DNA of 64,000 nt from Candidatus Woesearchaeota archaeon (GTDB lineage Archaea; Nanobdellota; Nanobdellia; Pacearchaeales; GW2011-AR1): positions 104,591-168,590 of the forward strand of contig CAZOEF010000001.1 of assembly GCA_964578845.1 (NCBI GenBank), given 5' to 3'. The notes under the pieces were generated by a model. That model searched no databases. It worked only from the letters and a program-made list of their open reading frames with translations, and was not told the origin of the DNA. The translations under genes were made by a program, and so were the position numbers. Shown here one piece after another: positions 9,041-19,718 of the stretch; position 1 is the first letter of the stretch; the number at the start of each line of letters is the position of its first letter.

Positions 9041-12000
9041 ATAAACATATCCTCGTCAATAAATATCTTGAAGAGCATTCATTAGTTGAATCTAACGTAA
9101 GAAGCTTCAATGACTTCATCGAGAACAAAATGCAAAAGATAATCGATGAGATCAATGAGACAATAAACAATGAAGATGTGGAAATCAAATTCGGAAAAAT
9201 TAAGATAAAGAAGCCTACTGTAATAGAAGCTGACGGAAGCATCAGCATGATAACTCCTACTGAAGCAAAATTAAGGAACTTAACATATTCTTCGCCGATA
9301 TTTATCGAGCTGAATGTAAAATTCGGCGACCAATCAGATAATGCAGAAGTAGAAATCGGAAGAATGCCTGTAATCGTCAGGAGCAAGGTATGCAATACAT
9401 ACGGCAAGACAAAAGAGGAGCTAAGGGATGAGCACTATATGGATCCGCTTGATCCAGGAGGGTATTTCATTATTAACGGCAATGAGAGAATCATGGTAAT
9501 GACTGAGGACTTAGCACCTAACCAGTCTTTCATCGAGGAAGGCAGGCAAGGGCTTACATTAAGGCTATTCTCACAGAGAGGACCTTACAGGATTCCAACC
9601 ACAATCTCAGAGACAAGTGAAGGAATACTTGATGTTAGCTTCAGCAGGCTCAAGAATATTCCTGCAGTTATTGTATTGAAAGCCCTTGGAATGACAAAAG
9701 ATGCTGATATTGCAAAGCAAATAGGCAAGCAGGACGACTGCATCATAGTCAATCTATATGAATTCGCCAATGTTCAGAATTCAGAGGATGCATTGATGTT
9801 CATTGCAGAGAAATCAGGAATCCAGGGAACAAAGAAGGAAATATTAGACAGGGTAAAACAGAGAGTTGATTCTTATCTATTGCCACACATCGGACTTGAC
9901 AAAGCTGCAAGGAACGAGAAAGCGATGACTTTATGCAAATTATTGAAACAATACCTGAATGCAAAATACGACAAGAAACTAAGGACTGACAAAGACCATT
10001 ATGCAAATAAGAGAGTTAAATTATCAGGAGACCTACTGGCTGAACTTTTTAGGGTCAATATGAACATCCTAGTAAAAGATATCCAATATTCGCTTCAGAA
10101 AATAGTCAAGAGGAAAAAATTCTATTCTATTAAAACAATAGCAAAATCAACATTGTTCACGCATAGAGTTGAGAGCGCCATTGCCACAGGATCGTGGATA
10201 GGCGAAAGGACAGGCGTTACGCAGAATATGCAGAAAAATAATTACCTGGATATGCTTTCACACCTGCAGAGAGTATCAAGTATGCTTCCTGGAGAACAGG
10301 AGAACTTCCTTGCAAGAACCCTGCATCCTACACATTACGGAAGATTCTGCCCTACAGAGACACCTGAAGGAACAGAAATCGGATTAAGGAAGAACCTTTC
10401 TATCTTGGCGAGGATCTCAACAGCTATTGAATTAGATGAGCAGAAGATGATCAAGCAATTGAAAGATATTGGAATGAATGATGAGAGCGGGAAAGACGTA
10501 TTCTTCAATGGAAGATTCTTAGGTTTAGTAGACAATCCTGCTGAATTCGTAATGAAAGTAAGGGAAGCAAGAAGAAAAGGTGAGTTCCCTATTGACCTTA
10601 GCGTCGGAAATAACCCTCATACTGACTCAATAGTACTTTCAACAGAAGTAGGAAGAGTCCTTAGGCCGCTCATAGTTGTCAAGAATGGAGTAAGCACATT
10701 GACAGAAGAGCACTTAAGAGCTTTAGAAAAGAACGAGCTTACCTGGAAAGAACTTGTGAAGAAAGGAGTTATAGAGTATGTTGACGCGTCTGAAGAAGAA
10801 GACCTATTGGTCGCGCCAAATCCTGAAAGCGTCACAAAGGACCACACTCACCAGGAAATAGACCCTATCAGCCTATTCGGGCTTGTGACTTCTTTAGTCC
10901 CATATGGAAACCATGACCAGGCATCTAGATTAAACAGGGGAAGCAAGACCTTAAGGCAGTCATTAGGAATATATGCTGCCAACTTCTTGGTAAGGCTGGA
11001 CACAAATGTCTCTATCCTGCATTATCCTCAGCACCCTATAGTAAAGAGCTTCATCTATGATACTTTGAACATCTATCCTGCAGGGCAAAACCTTATCGTC
11101 GCAATTATGCCTTATGAAGGATATAATATGGAAGACGCTACAATATTAAACCAGGGAAGCATTGACAGAGGCTTAGGAAGAAGCACTTACTTCAAGCCTT
11201 ATGCAGCTACTGAACTTAATTATGCCGGCGGACTTAAAGATGAGATCATAGTCCCAGACAAAGACGTTTCTGGTTACAGAACAGAAAATTCGTACAGGCT
11301 ATTGGAAGACGATGGAATTGCATATCCTGAAGCCAGTGCGAGCTCAGGAGATGTAGTTATAGGTAAAACAACTCCACCTAAATTCCTGTCTGAAGCTAAA
11401 GATATCAGCATACAATCAAAGAAAGAGGGAAGCACTGCGATCAAACAGAATGAAGAAGGAATTGTCGACGCTGTATTCATCACAGCTGATGGAGAAGGAA
11501 ATAAGATAGCCCAAGTCAGGATGAGAGATACAAGAGTTCCTGAGCCTGGAGACAAGTTCTCTACACCTCACGGACAGAAAGGAGTTGTAGGAATGCTTGC
11601 TGATGCTAAAGATATACCTTTCACATCTAGAGGGGTCAAGCCTGACTTGATGTTCAATCCTCACGGTATCCCTAGCAGAATGACTGTGGGATATCTGATT
11701 GAGTTACTAGCTGGAAAAGTAGGAGCTATCACAGGCAAGTTCATAGACGGAACACCATTCGCTGGAGAGAAAGTGGAAAATCTTGAGCAGCAATTAAGAA
11801 ACATGGGCTTCAGTTTTGACGGAAAAGAGACAATGTACGACGGAGTGAGCGGAAAGAAGATGGATGTAAAGATCTATATAGGTAACATGTACTACTTGAA
11901 ACTTGTTCATATGGTCAAGAACAAGATGCACGCAAGAGCTTCAGGTAAAGTCGCCCTTTTGACAAGGCAGCCTATTGAAGGAAGAGCAAGAGGAGGAGCA

Positions 12001-12279
12001 TTGAGATTGGGAGAGATGGAGCAGCAGGCTTTAGTAGGTCATGGAGCATCATTACTATTGAAAGAAAGATATGACTCTGATAAGACAACAATCTATATAT
12101 GCAAGAAATGTGGAAGTCTTGGAATCAAGGATACAATAAGAAACAAGAGTTACTGTCCTGTATGCAACAGCAATGAGATAGAGCCTATCGAAGTGTCTTA
12201 TGCATTCAAGCTGTTAGTTGAAGAATTACTAGGGCTGCATATCATGACAACATTCGAACTAAAGAACAAATACGAATAA
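9037..12279 (+). CDS. rpoB: DNA-directed RNA polymerase subunit B (unsplit B''+B')
   Basis: 1080 aa, with Rpb2 motifs throughout (e.g. ...GDKFSTPHGQKGVVG..., ...PSRMTVGYLIELLAGK...) and a C-terminal zinc ribbon CKKCGS...CPVC. Confidence 0.95.
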   Translation: MNKHILVNKYLEEHSLVESNVRSFNDFIENKMQKIIDEINETINNEDVEIKFGKIKIKKPTVIEADGSISMITPTEAKLRNLTYSSPIFIELNVKFGDQSDNAEVEIGRMPVIVRSKVCNTYGKTKEELRDEHYMDPLDPGGYFIINGNERIMVMTEDLAPNQSFIEEGRQGLTLRLFSQRGPYRIPTTISETSEGILDVSFSRLKNIPAVIVLKALGMTKDADIAKQIGKQDDCIIVNLYEFANVQNSEDALMFIAEKSGIQGTKKEILDRVKQRVDSYLLPHIGLDKAARNEKAMTLCKLLKQYLNAKYDKKLRTDKDHYANKRVKLSGDLLAELFRVNMNILVKDIQYSLQKIVKRKKFYSIKTIAKSTLFTHRVESAIATGSWIGERTGVTQNMQKNNYLDMLSHLQRVSSMLPGEQENFLARTLHPTHYGRFCPTETPEGTEIGLRKNLSILARISTAIELDEQKMIKQLKDIGMNDESGKDVFFNGRFLGLVDNPAEFVMKVREARRKGEFPIDLSVGNNPHTDSIVLSTEVGRVLRPLIVVKNGVSTLTEEHLRALEKNELTWKELVKKGVIEYVDASEEEDLLVAPNPESVTKDHTHQEIDPISLFGLVTSLVPYGNHDQASRLNRGSKTLRQSLGIYAANFLVRLDTNVSILHYPQHPIVKSFIYDTLNIYPAGQNLIVAIMPYEGYNMEDATILNQGSIDRGLGRSTYFKPYAATELNYAGGLKDEIIVPDKDVSGYRTENSYRLLEDDGIAYPEASASSGDVVIGKTTPPKFLSEAKDISIQSKKEGSTAIKQNEEGIVDAVFITADGEGNKIAQVRMRDTRVPEPGDKFSTPHGQKGVVGMLADAKDIPFTSRGVKPDLMFNPHGIPSRMTVGYLIELLAGKVGAITGKFIDGTPFAGEKVENLEQQLRNMGFSFDGKETMYDGVSGKKMDVKIYIGNMYYLKLVHMVKNKMHARASGKVALLTRQPIEGRARGGALRLGEMEQQALVGHGASLLLKERYDSDKTTIYICKKCGSLGIKDTIRNKSYCPVCNSNEIEPIEVSYAFKLLVEELLGLHIMTTFELKNKYE

Positions 12280-12280
12280 G

Positions 12281-15200
12281 ATGGAAAGAGACATAATAAA
12301 AAAACAAGTTAAAGCATTGAAGTTCAATCTGATCAGTCCAGACCAGGTCAAGAAGATCAGCGCGGCAAAAATAGTAACACCCGAATTATATGACATCGAC
12401 GGTTTTCCGGTTGACGGCGGGATAATGGATCTTAGGCTTGGAGCAATAGATCCGGGAGTCAGATGCAGAACATGCGGAGGAAGACTAAAGGAATGTCTAG
12501 GACACGTAGGAAGCATTGAGATAGCAAGGCCAATACTTCATATTAAGTATATTCCATTGATTGAATTATTCCTAAGGAGCTTCTGCCATAAATGCGGAAA
12601 ACTTACTTTAGAGGAAGAGAAGCAGAAGAAATACTCTCCTGCTGAAAGAGCGAAAAAAGCCAGAGACAAGAAGAAATGCCCTCATTGCGGCGAGCCTGCT
12701 GAAAGGGTTAAATTAGAAAAGCCGAGCTCATTCTTTATTGGAAAGAAAAGAATATTCCCTAATGAGATTAGAGACTTATTAGTAAATATTCCTGATTCTG
12801 AAGCTAAGAAGATAGGAGTCAATCCTAAGACTTGCAGGCCTGAATGGGCGATACTCTCGCAATTGCTAGTCCCTAGCGTGACTGTGAGGCCATCTATAAC
12901 ATTAGAATCAGGAGAAAGAAGTGAGGATGACTTGACCCATAAGATATCTGATATAATCAGGGCAAACCAAAGGCTGTGGGAGAACCTTAATGCCGGAGCA
13001 CCTGAAGTGATCATAGAGGACTTGTGGGACTTATTGCAATATCACGTCACAACATTCTTTGATAACAATATCTCAAGAATACCTCCTGCCCGACATAGAT
13101 CTGGACAGCCACTGAAGACAATCACTGAAAGAATCAAAGGGAAAGAAGGAAGGATCAGAAAGAACTTAGCAGGTAAGAGAGTCAATTTCTCTGGAAGAGC
13201 AGTCCTTTCACCTGATCCTTACTTAAACATAGATGAAGTCGGAGTGCCGTATGGAGTTGCAACAATAATCACAGTCGCTGAATCAGTAACTACTGCCAAT
13301 CTTGAATATATGAAAGACCTGATAAGAAAAGGTGAATCATATCCAGGGGCAAATTATGTCATAAGGCCTGACGGAAGAAGAAAGAGAATAACTGATGACC
13401 TAAAAGAAACTCTTTGTGAAGAGATAGAGCCAGGATACAAGATAGAAAGGCACCTGCAGGACGGAGATATAGTATTATTCAACAGGCACCCTTCACTTCA
13501 TAAGCAGAGCCTGATGGCCCACAAAGTAAGGGTTCTCCCTTACAGGACATTCAGGATACATCCTGCAGCCGCATTCCCTTATAACGCTGACTTCGATGGA
13601 GACGAAACAAACATCCACTCACCTCAGACAGAGGAAGCAAGAAGTGAAGCAGAGATTCTACTAAATATATCTAATAATATAATATCATCAAAGAATGGAA
13701 TAAACCTAATCGGGTGCATTGCTGACGCTATAACAGGAAATTATATTCTTGGCAAACAGGAATTCACAAAGGCTGAAGCTGACCAATTGCTGTTTGCTTC
13801 AGGCACGCTGAATAACCTGAAAGGAAAGAAGCTTACTGGCCAAGAGGTATTCTCACAAGCGATATCTCACGAAGCAGGCATAAAGATCCCAAGTGACCTT
13901 CTTGGAAGCAATACATTGGGTTCTGAAGACGGTGCAATGGTCAAGATGCTAGACAAAGCAGTTGGAAGAGAAAAAACACTTCAGTCCATAAAGAGTGCAT
14001 TCTCATTAGGAACAAATTACTTGACAAGAGCAGGTTATACTTTAGCATTGAGAGACTTAGACGTCCCTGAAAAAGTCAAGAAGGCAACTCAGGAAATCAT
14101 AGAGGATGCTGAAAAGAGGACTCAGGAAATCATCGACCAATCCACCTCTGGAAAGCTTGAGCTCATTCCAGGTAAAGATATCAGCCAGTCAAGAGAAATA
14201 TTCATCTCGCAAGTATTGAACGAAGTTCGTTCCAAAGCAGGAAAGATTGTCCAGGTCAATTTCCCTAAGGAATCCAACATTAACAAGATGATCACTTCAG
14301 GAGGAGGAGGAAGCTCACTCAATATTACCCAAATAGGATGCTGTGTCGGACAGCAGATCCTTTGGGGAGATAGAATCAACTTCGGGTATAAAGAGAGGAC
14401 ACTTTCACACTTCAAGAAAGGAGACATGGGTCCTGCGGCTCATGGATTCATAAAGTCATCATTCTTCAATGGTTTAAGGCCACAGGAATTCTTCTTTGGG
14501 GCAATAACCGGAAGAGACTCCCTGATGGATACAGCATTAAGAACCCCTAAATCAGGTTACCTGTATAGAAGACTGGTCAGCGCACTGCAAGATCTTAAGC
14601 TTGAATACGACGGAACTGTGAGAGATGCATCAGAGAACATCATCCAGTTCGCTTATGGTGGCGACGGGATAGAGGTAGCAGGACTGCACTTAAATGAGAA
14701 AGTCCCTTCTGGAGAAGCTGTAGGAGTAGTTACTGCGCAATCATTCGGGGAATCATCAACTCAGATGGTATTGAACGTATTCCACTCAGCAGGAGTTGCG
14801 GAAATGCAGGTTACGCAGGGCCTTCCTAGATTAATCGAGATTTTCGATGCGAGAAAAGAACCTTCATCTCCACAGATGGAAGTCTACCTGGACAAGGAAC
14901 ATAATAATGAGAAAGATGCAAGGGTTATTGCAGAAAAAATTAAGGAAGTAAGGCTTGAAGAAATCGCGTCTGAAATAAAACTTGACTTCAGCGGAAAGAA
15001 GATAGAGATAGAGCTGGATAATGCTGCGCTTAGAAGCGTGCACGTCGGGGCTCAGAAGATCACTGAAAGGCTGAATGAAAAAGGATTTGAAGTGAAGAAC
15101 AAAGACACTAAGTTGATATTAGCTACGCCTGATATGGATTTCAAGGCAATGTATAAACTGAAGGAAAAATTGAGAAAGACAATAATCTCCGGGCTTAAGA

Positions 15201-15697
15201 ACATCTCGCACGTTGTAGTTGCACATAGAGGAAGCGACTTTGTGGTCATCACTGCTGGAAGCAATCTGAAGGACATACTTGAAGTCAAAGGTGTTGACCA
15301 GAATAAAGTGTTCACTAACAACATCCATGAAGTAGCAGATGTGCTTGGAATAGAGGCGGCAAGACAGGCTATAGTTATTGAGATAAACAAAGTGCTTGAC
15401 GGACAAGGACTAGACATCAATGAAAGGCACCTTGATTTAGTTGCCGACGCCATGACCTCTACAGGAACTGTCAGAGGAGTGACAAGAATGGGAATCATCT
15501 CACATAAATCCTCGATATTCGCAAGAGCAGCATTCGAGACTCCGGACAAACAGTTCATAAATGCCACAATACAAGGAAAGAAGGATGAGCTTGCATCAGT
15601 GATAGAGAACATTATGCTTAACCAGCCAGTCCCTGTCGGAACAGGACTTCCTGGATTGCTTGTCAAGGTTACTGGAAGGCTTGTCAGCGATAAATAA
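12281..15697 (+). CDS. rpoA: DNA-directed RNA polymerase subunit A, with A' and A'' encoded as one continuous 1138-aa ORF
   Basis: N-terminal zinc motifs, catalytic NADFDGDETN, and the bridge-helix region ...GLRPQEFFFGAITGRDSLMDTALRTPKSGYLYRRL... The frame continues without a stop into the A''-type trigger-loop region ...GEAVGVVTAQSFGESSTQMVLNVFHSAGVA... and on to the end. Confidence 0.9.
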   Translation: MERDIIKKQVKALKFNLISPDQVKKISAAKIVTPELYDIDGFPVDGGIMDLRLGAIDPGVRCRTCGGRLKECLGHVGSIEIARPILHIKYIPLIELFLRSFCHKCGKLTLEEEKQKKYSPAERAKKARDKKKCPHCGEPAERVKLEKPSSFFIGKKRIFPNEIRDLLVNIPDSEAKKIGVNPKTCRPEWAILSQLLVPSVTVRPSITLESGERSEDDLTHKISDIIRANQRLWENLNAGAPEVIIEDLWDLLQYHVTTFFDNNISRIPPARHRSGQPLKTITERIKGKEGRIRKNLAGKRVNFSGRAVLSPDPYLNIDEVGVPYGVATIITVAESVTTANLEYMKDLIRKGESYPGANYVIRPDGRRKRITDDLKETLCEEIEPGYKIERHLQDGDIVLFNRHPSLHKQSLMAHKVRVLPYRTFRIHPAAAFPYNADFDGDETNIHSPQTEEARSEAEILLNISNNIISSKNGINLIGCIADAITGNYILGKQEFTKAEADQLLFASGTLNNLKGKKLTGQEVFSQAISHEAGIKIPSDLLGSNTLGSEDGAMVKMLDKAVGREKTLQSIKSAFSLGTNYLTRAGYTLALRDLDVPEKVKKATQEIIEDAEKRTQEIIDQSTSGKLELIPGKDISQSREIFISQVLNEVRSKAGKIVQVNFPKESNINKMITSGGGGSSLNITQIGCCVGQQILWGDRINFGYKERTLSHFKKGDMGPAAHGFIKSSFFNGLRPQEFFFGAITGRDSLMDTALRTPKSGYLYRRLVSALQDLKLEYDGTVRDASENIIQFAYGGDGIEVAGLHLNEKVPSGEAVGVVTAQSFGESSTQMVLNVFHSAGVAEMQVTQGLPRLIEIFDARKEPSSPQMEVYLDKEHNNEKDARVIAEKIKEVRLEEIASEIKLDFSGKKIEIELDNAALRSVHVGAQKITERLNEKGFEVKNKDTKLILATPDMDFKAMYKLKEKLRKTIISGLKNISHVVVAHRGSDFVVITAGSNLKDILEVKGVDQNKVFTNNIHEVADVLGIEAARQAIVIEINKVLDGQGLDINERHLDLVADAMTSTGTVRGVTRMGIISHKSSIFARAAFETPDKQFINATIQGKKDELASVIENIMLNQPVPVGTGLPGLLVKVTGRLVSDK

Positions 15698-15731
15698 ATT
15701 TATAAACTAGTTTTGTAAGGTAGATTCAACA

Positions 15732-15971
15732 ATGATTTTGGAATTAAAAAAGGGTATTGCTGACGAGAAAGTTATTTTCGGCGCCAAAGAGATCTTGAAG
15801 AATGCAAAAAAAATAAGCAGCGCATTTGTTTCAGCAGATTGCAGGCAGGAAGTCATTAGCTTGCTAAAAAATAATAAAATAGGATTTGAAATTCTTGAGA
15901 ATACAAAACAGGATTTAGCGAATGACCTTGAGATTGATTTCAAGTGTGAGGTTTTTGGTTTAACGAAATAA
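15732..15971 (+). CDS. rpl30e: Ribosomal protein L30e-like (eL30)
   Basis: 79 aa. Its position between rpoA and nusA is canonical for L30e, and the pattern (EKVIFGAKEILK...) resembles archaeal L30e. Confidence 0.6.
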   Translation: MILELKKGIADEKVIFGAKEILKNAKKISSAFVSADCRQEVISLLKNNKIGFEILENTKQDLANDLEIDFKCEVFGLTK

Positions 15972-15972
15972 G

Positions 15973-16386
15973 ATGGCAACAATAAACATGCAGACTATGA
16001 GGTATATCAACTTGCTCAACAGGGTTGCGCATGTGAAGACCAGCAAATGCTTCTTCTATAATAATCATATAATCTTTGTAGTGCCTTCAGGATTTGTATC
16101 AAGGGCTATAGGCCCTAATGGAAAGAACATAAGATCTATGCAGGACCAGTTGGGCAAGAAAATAAAAGTCATCAAGGAAGCTAATGGGATCGAGGATGCC
16201 CAAAGATTTATTGAAGATATCGTCGAGCCTGTTCCGTTCGTGTCAATGGATGTGAAAGATAACGAAATAATAATAACAGCCGGAGTGAGAAGCAAGGCAG
16301 CTTTATTAGGAAGGAATAAAAGAAGGCTTGCAGAACTAGGGCAGATTGTCGAGGATGTTTTCGGAAAAGAGCTTAAGATTGTGTGA
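15973..16386 (+). CDS. nusA: Archaeal NusA-like transcription elongation factor (tandem KH domains)
   Basis: 137 aa with GxxG-type KH signatures (IGPNGKNIRSMQDQLGKKI). It sits immediately before rps12, as in other archaea. Confidence 0.75.
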   Translation: MATINMQTMRYINLLNRVAHVKTSKCFFYNNHIIFVVPSGFVSRAIGPNGKNIRSMQDQLGKKIKVIKEANGIEDAQRFIEDIVEPVPFVSMDVKDNEIIITAGVRSKAALLGRNKRRLAELGQIVEDVFGKELKIV

Positions 16387-16443
16387 AAAGATTTAAAAAC
16401 CGTTTTCAACAAGATTTATGATAACTGTTTAGAGAGTTTAACA

Positions 16444-16866
16444 ATGGGATTAATGAACGCTAAGAAATTGATGAAGAAAAGGCAAAAGTTTAGATGGAGC
16501 AATAAGCCTTACAAAGCAAGAGTCATGAAGCTGCGAGAGAAGTCAGACCCCCTTGGCAGAAGCTGGCAAGCTAAAGGCATTGTGATCTCCAAGTTCCAGA
16601 AAGAAGCAGCGCAGCCAAACTCAGCCATGAGAAAATGCTGCAAAGTGCAACTGATAAAGAACGGTGAGCAGGTCGGAGCTTTCATCCCGGGAAATTTAGC
16701 GCAAAAATTCGTCGATGAGCACGATGAAGTCGTTGTCCAGAGAATCGGCGGAAAGCAAGGGCGTTCTAAAGGAGATATCAGAGGCATCAGGTATGCAGTA
16801 ATTAAAGTGAATGATCAGCCGCTGCACAGGCTAGTGCGTGGCAAGATCGAGAAAGGAAGAAGATGA
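16444..16866 (+). CDS. rps12: 30S ribosomal protein S12 (uS12)
   Basis: ...[17 protein letters not shown]... together with conserved uS12 segments. Confidence 0.9.
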   Translation: MGLMNAKKLMKKRQKFRWSNKPYKARVMKLREKSDPLGRSWQAKGIVISKFQKEAAQPNSAMRKCCKVQLIKNGEQVGAFIPGNLAQKFVDEHDEVVVQRIGGKQGRSKGDIRGIRYAVIKVNDQPLHRLVRGKIEKGRR

Positions 16867-17456
16867 GTTACAAAGTTCTTGGATTATATGATATTGATGA
16901 AGTCAAGATTACAGATGATACTTTAAAGCCTTACATAAACATCTCTGATAAAATACTAGTCAAATCACATGGAAGGAATACTGGAAAGTTCTCAATTGCT
17001 AAAGTGCACATTCTTGAAAGGCTTGCTAACAGGGTCGCTGTTCCAGGACACGTCGGTAAGAAGCACAAAATAATCACTTCCTGGTCTACTGGAAAATACA
17101 ACAATAATATGAAAACAGTGATCGAGGCTCTTGAGATGATACAGAAGAAAAAGAATGAGAATCCTATTCAGGTATTAGTAAGGGCGATAGAGAACGGATC
17201 ACCAAGAGATGAGACCACAACTATTGAATACGGCGGAGCAAGATACCCTCAGGCTGTTGACGTAAGCCCTAGCAGAAGGATAAACTTAGCAATAAGGTGG
17301 ATAGTGCAGGGAGCTTACCAGAAGTCATTCGGAAAGAAAAAGAAGATGGCTGAATCACTTGCGAATGAAATAATTCTAGCTGCCGACGGAAACATGGAAA
17401 GCTACGCGATGTCAAAAAAGAACGAAGCTGAAAAACAGGCTGACGCGGCGAGATAA
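16863..17456 (+). CDS. rps7: 30S ribosomal protein S7 (uS7)
   Basis: 197 aa with uS7-like sequence. Positioned between S12 and EF-2. Confidence 0.85.
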   Translation: MSYKVLGLYDIDEVKITDDTLKPYINISDKILVKSHGRNTGKFSIAKVHILERLANRVAVPGHVGKKHKIITSWSTGKYNNNMKTVIEALEMIQKKKNENPIQVLVRAIENGSPRDETTTIEYGGARYPQAVDVSPSRRINLAIRWIVQGAYQKSFGKKKKMAESLANEIILAADGNMESYAMSKKNEAEKQADAAR

Positions 17457-17528
17457 TTAGCAAAACTTTAAAAACCTAATTTATTATCACCAACTATTCT
17501 CGATTTTATCGAAAGCACATTAATAAAA

Positions 17529-19718
17529 ATGGCAGAAAAAGAAACAGGACTACAGAAGATTGAAAGGCTCATCGGAAAGCAGGAAAATATCCGAAATATA
17601 GCGACGTCTGCACACATCCACCACGGAAAAACAGCATTCACTGATAATTTGTTAGCTGCTGCGGGAATGATGGCTTCAAAGAATGCAGGAGACTTAGAGG
17701 AAGGAATGGCAACATGGCAGCACTCTGACGAGCAGGAAAGGCTTATGACAGTCGACGCTGCTAATGTATCCATGCCCCACTCTTACCATGGGGAAGAATA
17801 TTTGATAAACTTAATTGACACTCCTGGACACGTTGACTTCTCGGGAAATGTAACAAGAGCCATGAGGGCTATTGACGGAACAGTCGTACTAGTCTGCGCT
17901 GTTGAAGGAATAATGCCCCAGACAGAGACTGTACTAAAACAGGCATTAAGGGAAAGAGTAAAGCCAGTATTATTTATCAATAAAGTCGACAGATTGATCA
18001 CAGAACTTAAAGTAACTCCTGAACAGATGCAGGAAAGATTCATGAAAATAATCAGCAAGTTCAACATGCTTCTGCAGCAGATAGCAGAAGAAGAATATGG
18101 AAGGAAATGGGCAGTGAATGTTGCAGACGGATCAGTTGCATTCGGCAGCGCCAGAGAGAACTGGGCATTATCAGTGCCTTACATGCAGAAGAAAGGGATC
18201 AGTTTCAAGGATATTTATACAGCTTATGCAATGGAGACTGAAGAAAGGGAGAAATGGTTCTGGGATAATGCTGCATTGTATGAAGTTATTTTAGATATGG
18301 TTGTAAAACATTTGCCTAATCCAGTAGATGCACAGAAATATAGGATCCCTAAGATCTGGAGCGGAGAGCTTGACACTAATTTCGGGCAAAACCTTCAGAT
18401 GTGTGACAAGAATGGAGATCTGGCTTTCGTAGTCACCAGGATAATAATAGACCCAAGAGTAGGAAAGGAAGTCTATGCAGGAAGATTGTTTTCTGGAACG
18501 ATGAAGAATGGGATGGAAGTATTCTCAAATACCACTAAAAAGAAATACAGGATACAGCAAGTATTAGTATATGAAGGAATAAAGCCTAAACAGGTTGATG
18601 AAGCCCCGGCAGGAAATGTTATAGCAGTTGTAGGCCTTAATACTGATGTGGGAGACACTATCTCAAGCAATGAAGTTCATCCGTTTGAAGAGATCAAGCA
18701 CATTTTCCAGCCAGTAATCACTAAATCTATCGAAGTAACTAAGTCTGTTGACTTGCCTAAACTAATTGAAGTCTTAAGAAAAGTAGCAAAGGAAGACCCT
18801 TCTATCAAGATAGAGATCAATGAAGAGACAGGTGAGAACTTAATCTCTGGAATGGGAGAACTGCATTTAGAAATCATAGAAGGGAGAATCAAGAATGAAA
18901 AAGGCCTTGAAGTAAAGACAGGCCCTCCTATTGTAGTCTATAGAGAGACAGTAGGAAAGCAAAGCCCGGTTATTGAAGTAAGGACTCCTAATGGCCACAA
19001 CATCTTCAACTTCAGTATCGAGCCATTAGAGGACAATGTTTTCGAGGCAATCCAGGAAGCCAAACTTCCAGAGATGAGACTGAAGAAAAAAGCCGAAGAC
19101 GTTTGGAAGAAACTTGATGAGCTGGGATATGAAAATGAAGAAGCCAGGCAAGTGAGAGAGATCTATAAAGGGAATGTATTCGAAGACAGGACTCGAGGTT
19201 TAGTATTGCTTGGTGAAGTCATAGATTCAGTAATGGACGGATGGAAATTAGTCGTTGATGCAGGTCCATTGGCAAGAGAACCTTTGACAAAGACAAAGTT
19301 TGTTTTGCACGACGCTAAATTACACGTTGACCATATGCATAGAGGTCCTGCACAGATCTATCCTGCTGTGAGGCAGGGAGTGCATGAAACAATGAAACAG
19401 GGAGGAGCAGGATTACTTGAGCCTATCCAGACACATTTGGTTGAAGGTCCTATTGATTTCATGGGTAAATTGACTAATTTAGTTTCAAGCAAGAGGGGAG
19501 TGTTAGTAGACGTACAGCAGGAAGCAGGACAAGTTATAATAAAAGCCCAGATCCCTGTAGCAGAAATGATTGGATGGAGCAATGACCTGCGAAGCACCTC
19601 TGAAGGAAGAGGAATGAGCAATTTAGTAGACCAGCACTTCAAGAAACTGCCTGCTGAACTGCAAGCGAATGTTATCAGGAAGATCAGAGATAGAAAGGGA
19701 TTATCTGAGAATCAGTAA
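17529..19718 (+). CDS. fusA: Elongation factor 2 (aEF-2)
   Basis: 729 aa. G1 AHIHHGKT, G3 DTPGH, G4 NKVD, and EF-2 domain IV/V segments. Confidence 0.95.
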   Translation: MAEKETGLQKIERLIGKQENIRNIATSAHIHHGKTAFTDNLLAAAGMMASKNAGDLEEGMATWQHSDEQERLMTVDAANVSMPHSYHGEEYLINLIDTPGHVDFSGNVTRAMRAIDGTVVLVCAVEGIMPQTETVLKQALRERVKPVLFINKVDRLITELKVTPEQMQERFMKIISKFNMLLQQIAEEEYGRKWAVNVADGSVAFGSARENWALSVPYMQKKGISFKDIYTAYAMETEEREKWFWDNAALYEVILDMVVKHLPNPVDAQKYRIPKIWSGELDTNFGQNLQMCDKNGDLAFVVTRIIIDPRVGKEVYAGRLFSGTMKNGMEVFSNTTKKKYRIQQVLVYEGIKPKQVDEAPAGNVIAVVGLNTDVGDTISSNEVHPFEEIKHIFQPVITKSIEVTKSVDLPKLIEVLRKVAKEDPSIKIEINEETGENLISGMGELHLEIIEGRIKNEKGLEVKTGPPIVVYRETVGKQSPVIEVRTPNGHNIFNFSIEPLEDNVFEAIQEAKLPEMRLKKKAEDVWKKLDELGYENEEARQVREIYKGNVFEDRTRGLVLLGEVIDSVMDGWKLVVDAGPLAREPLTKTKFVLHDAKLHVDHMHRGPAQIYPAVRQGVHETMKQGGAGLLEPIQTHLVEGPIDFMGKLTNLVSSKRGVLVDVQQEAGQVIIKAQIPVAEMIGWSNDLRSTSEGRGMSNLVDQHFKKLPAELQANVIRKIRDRKGLSENQ

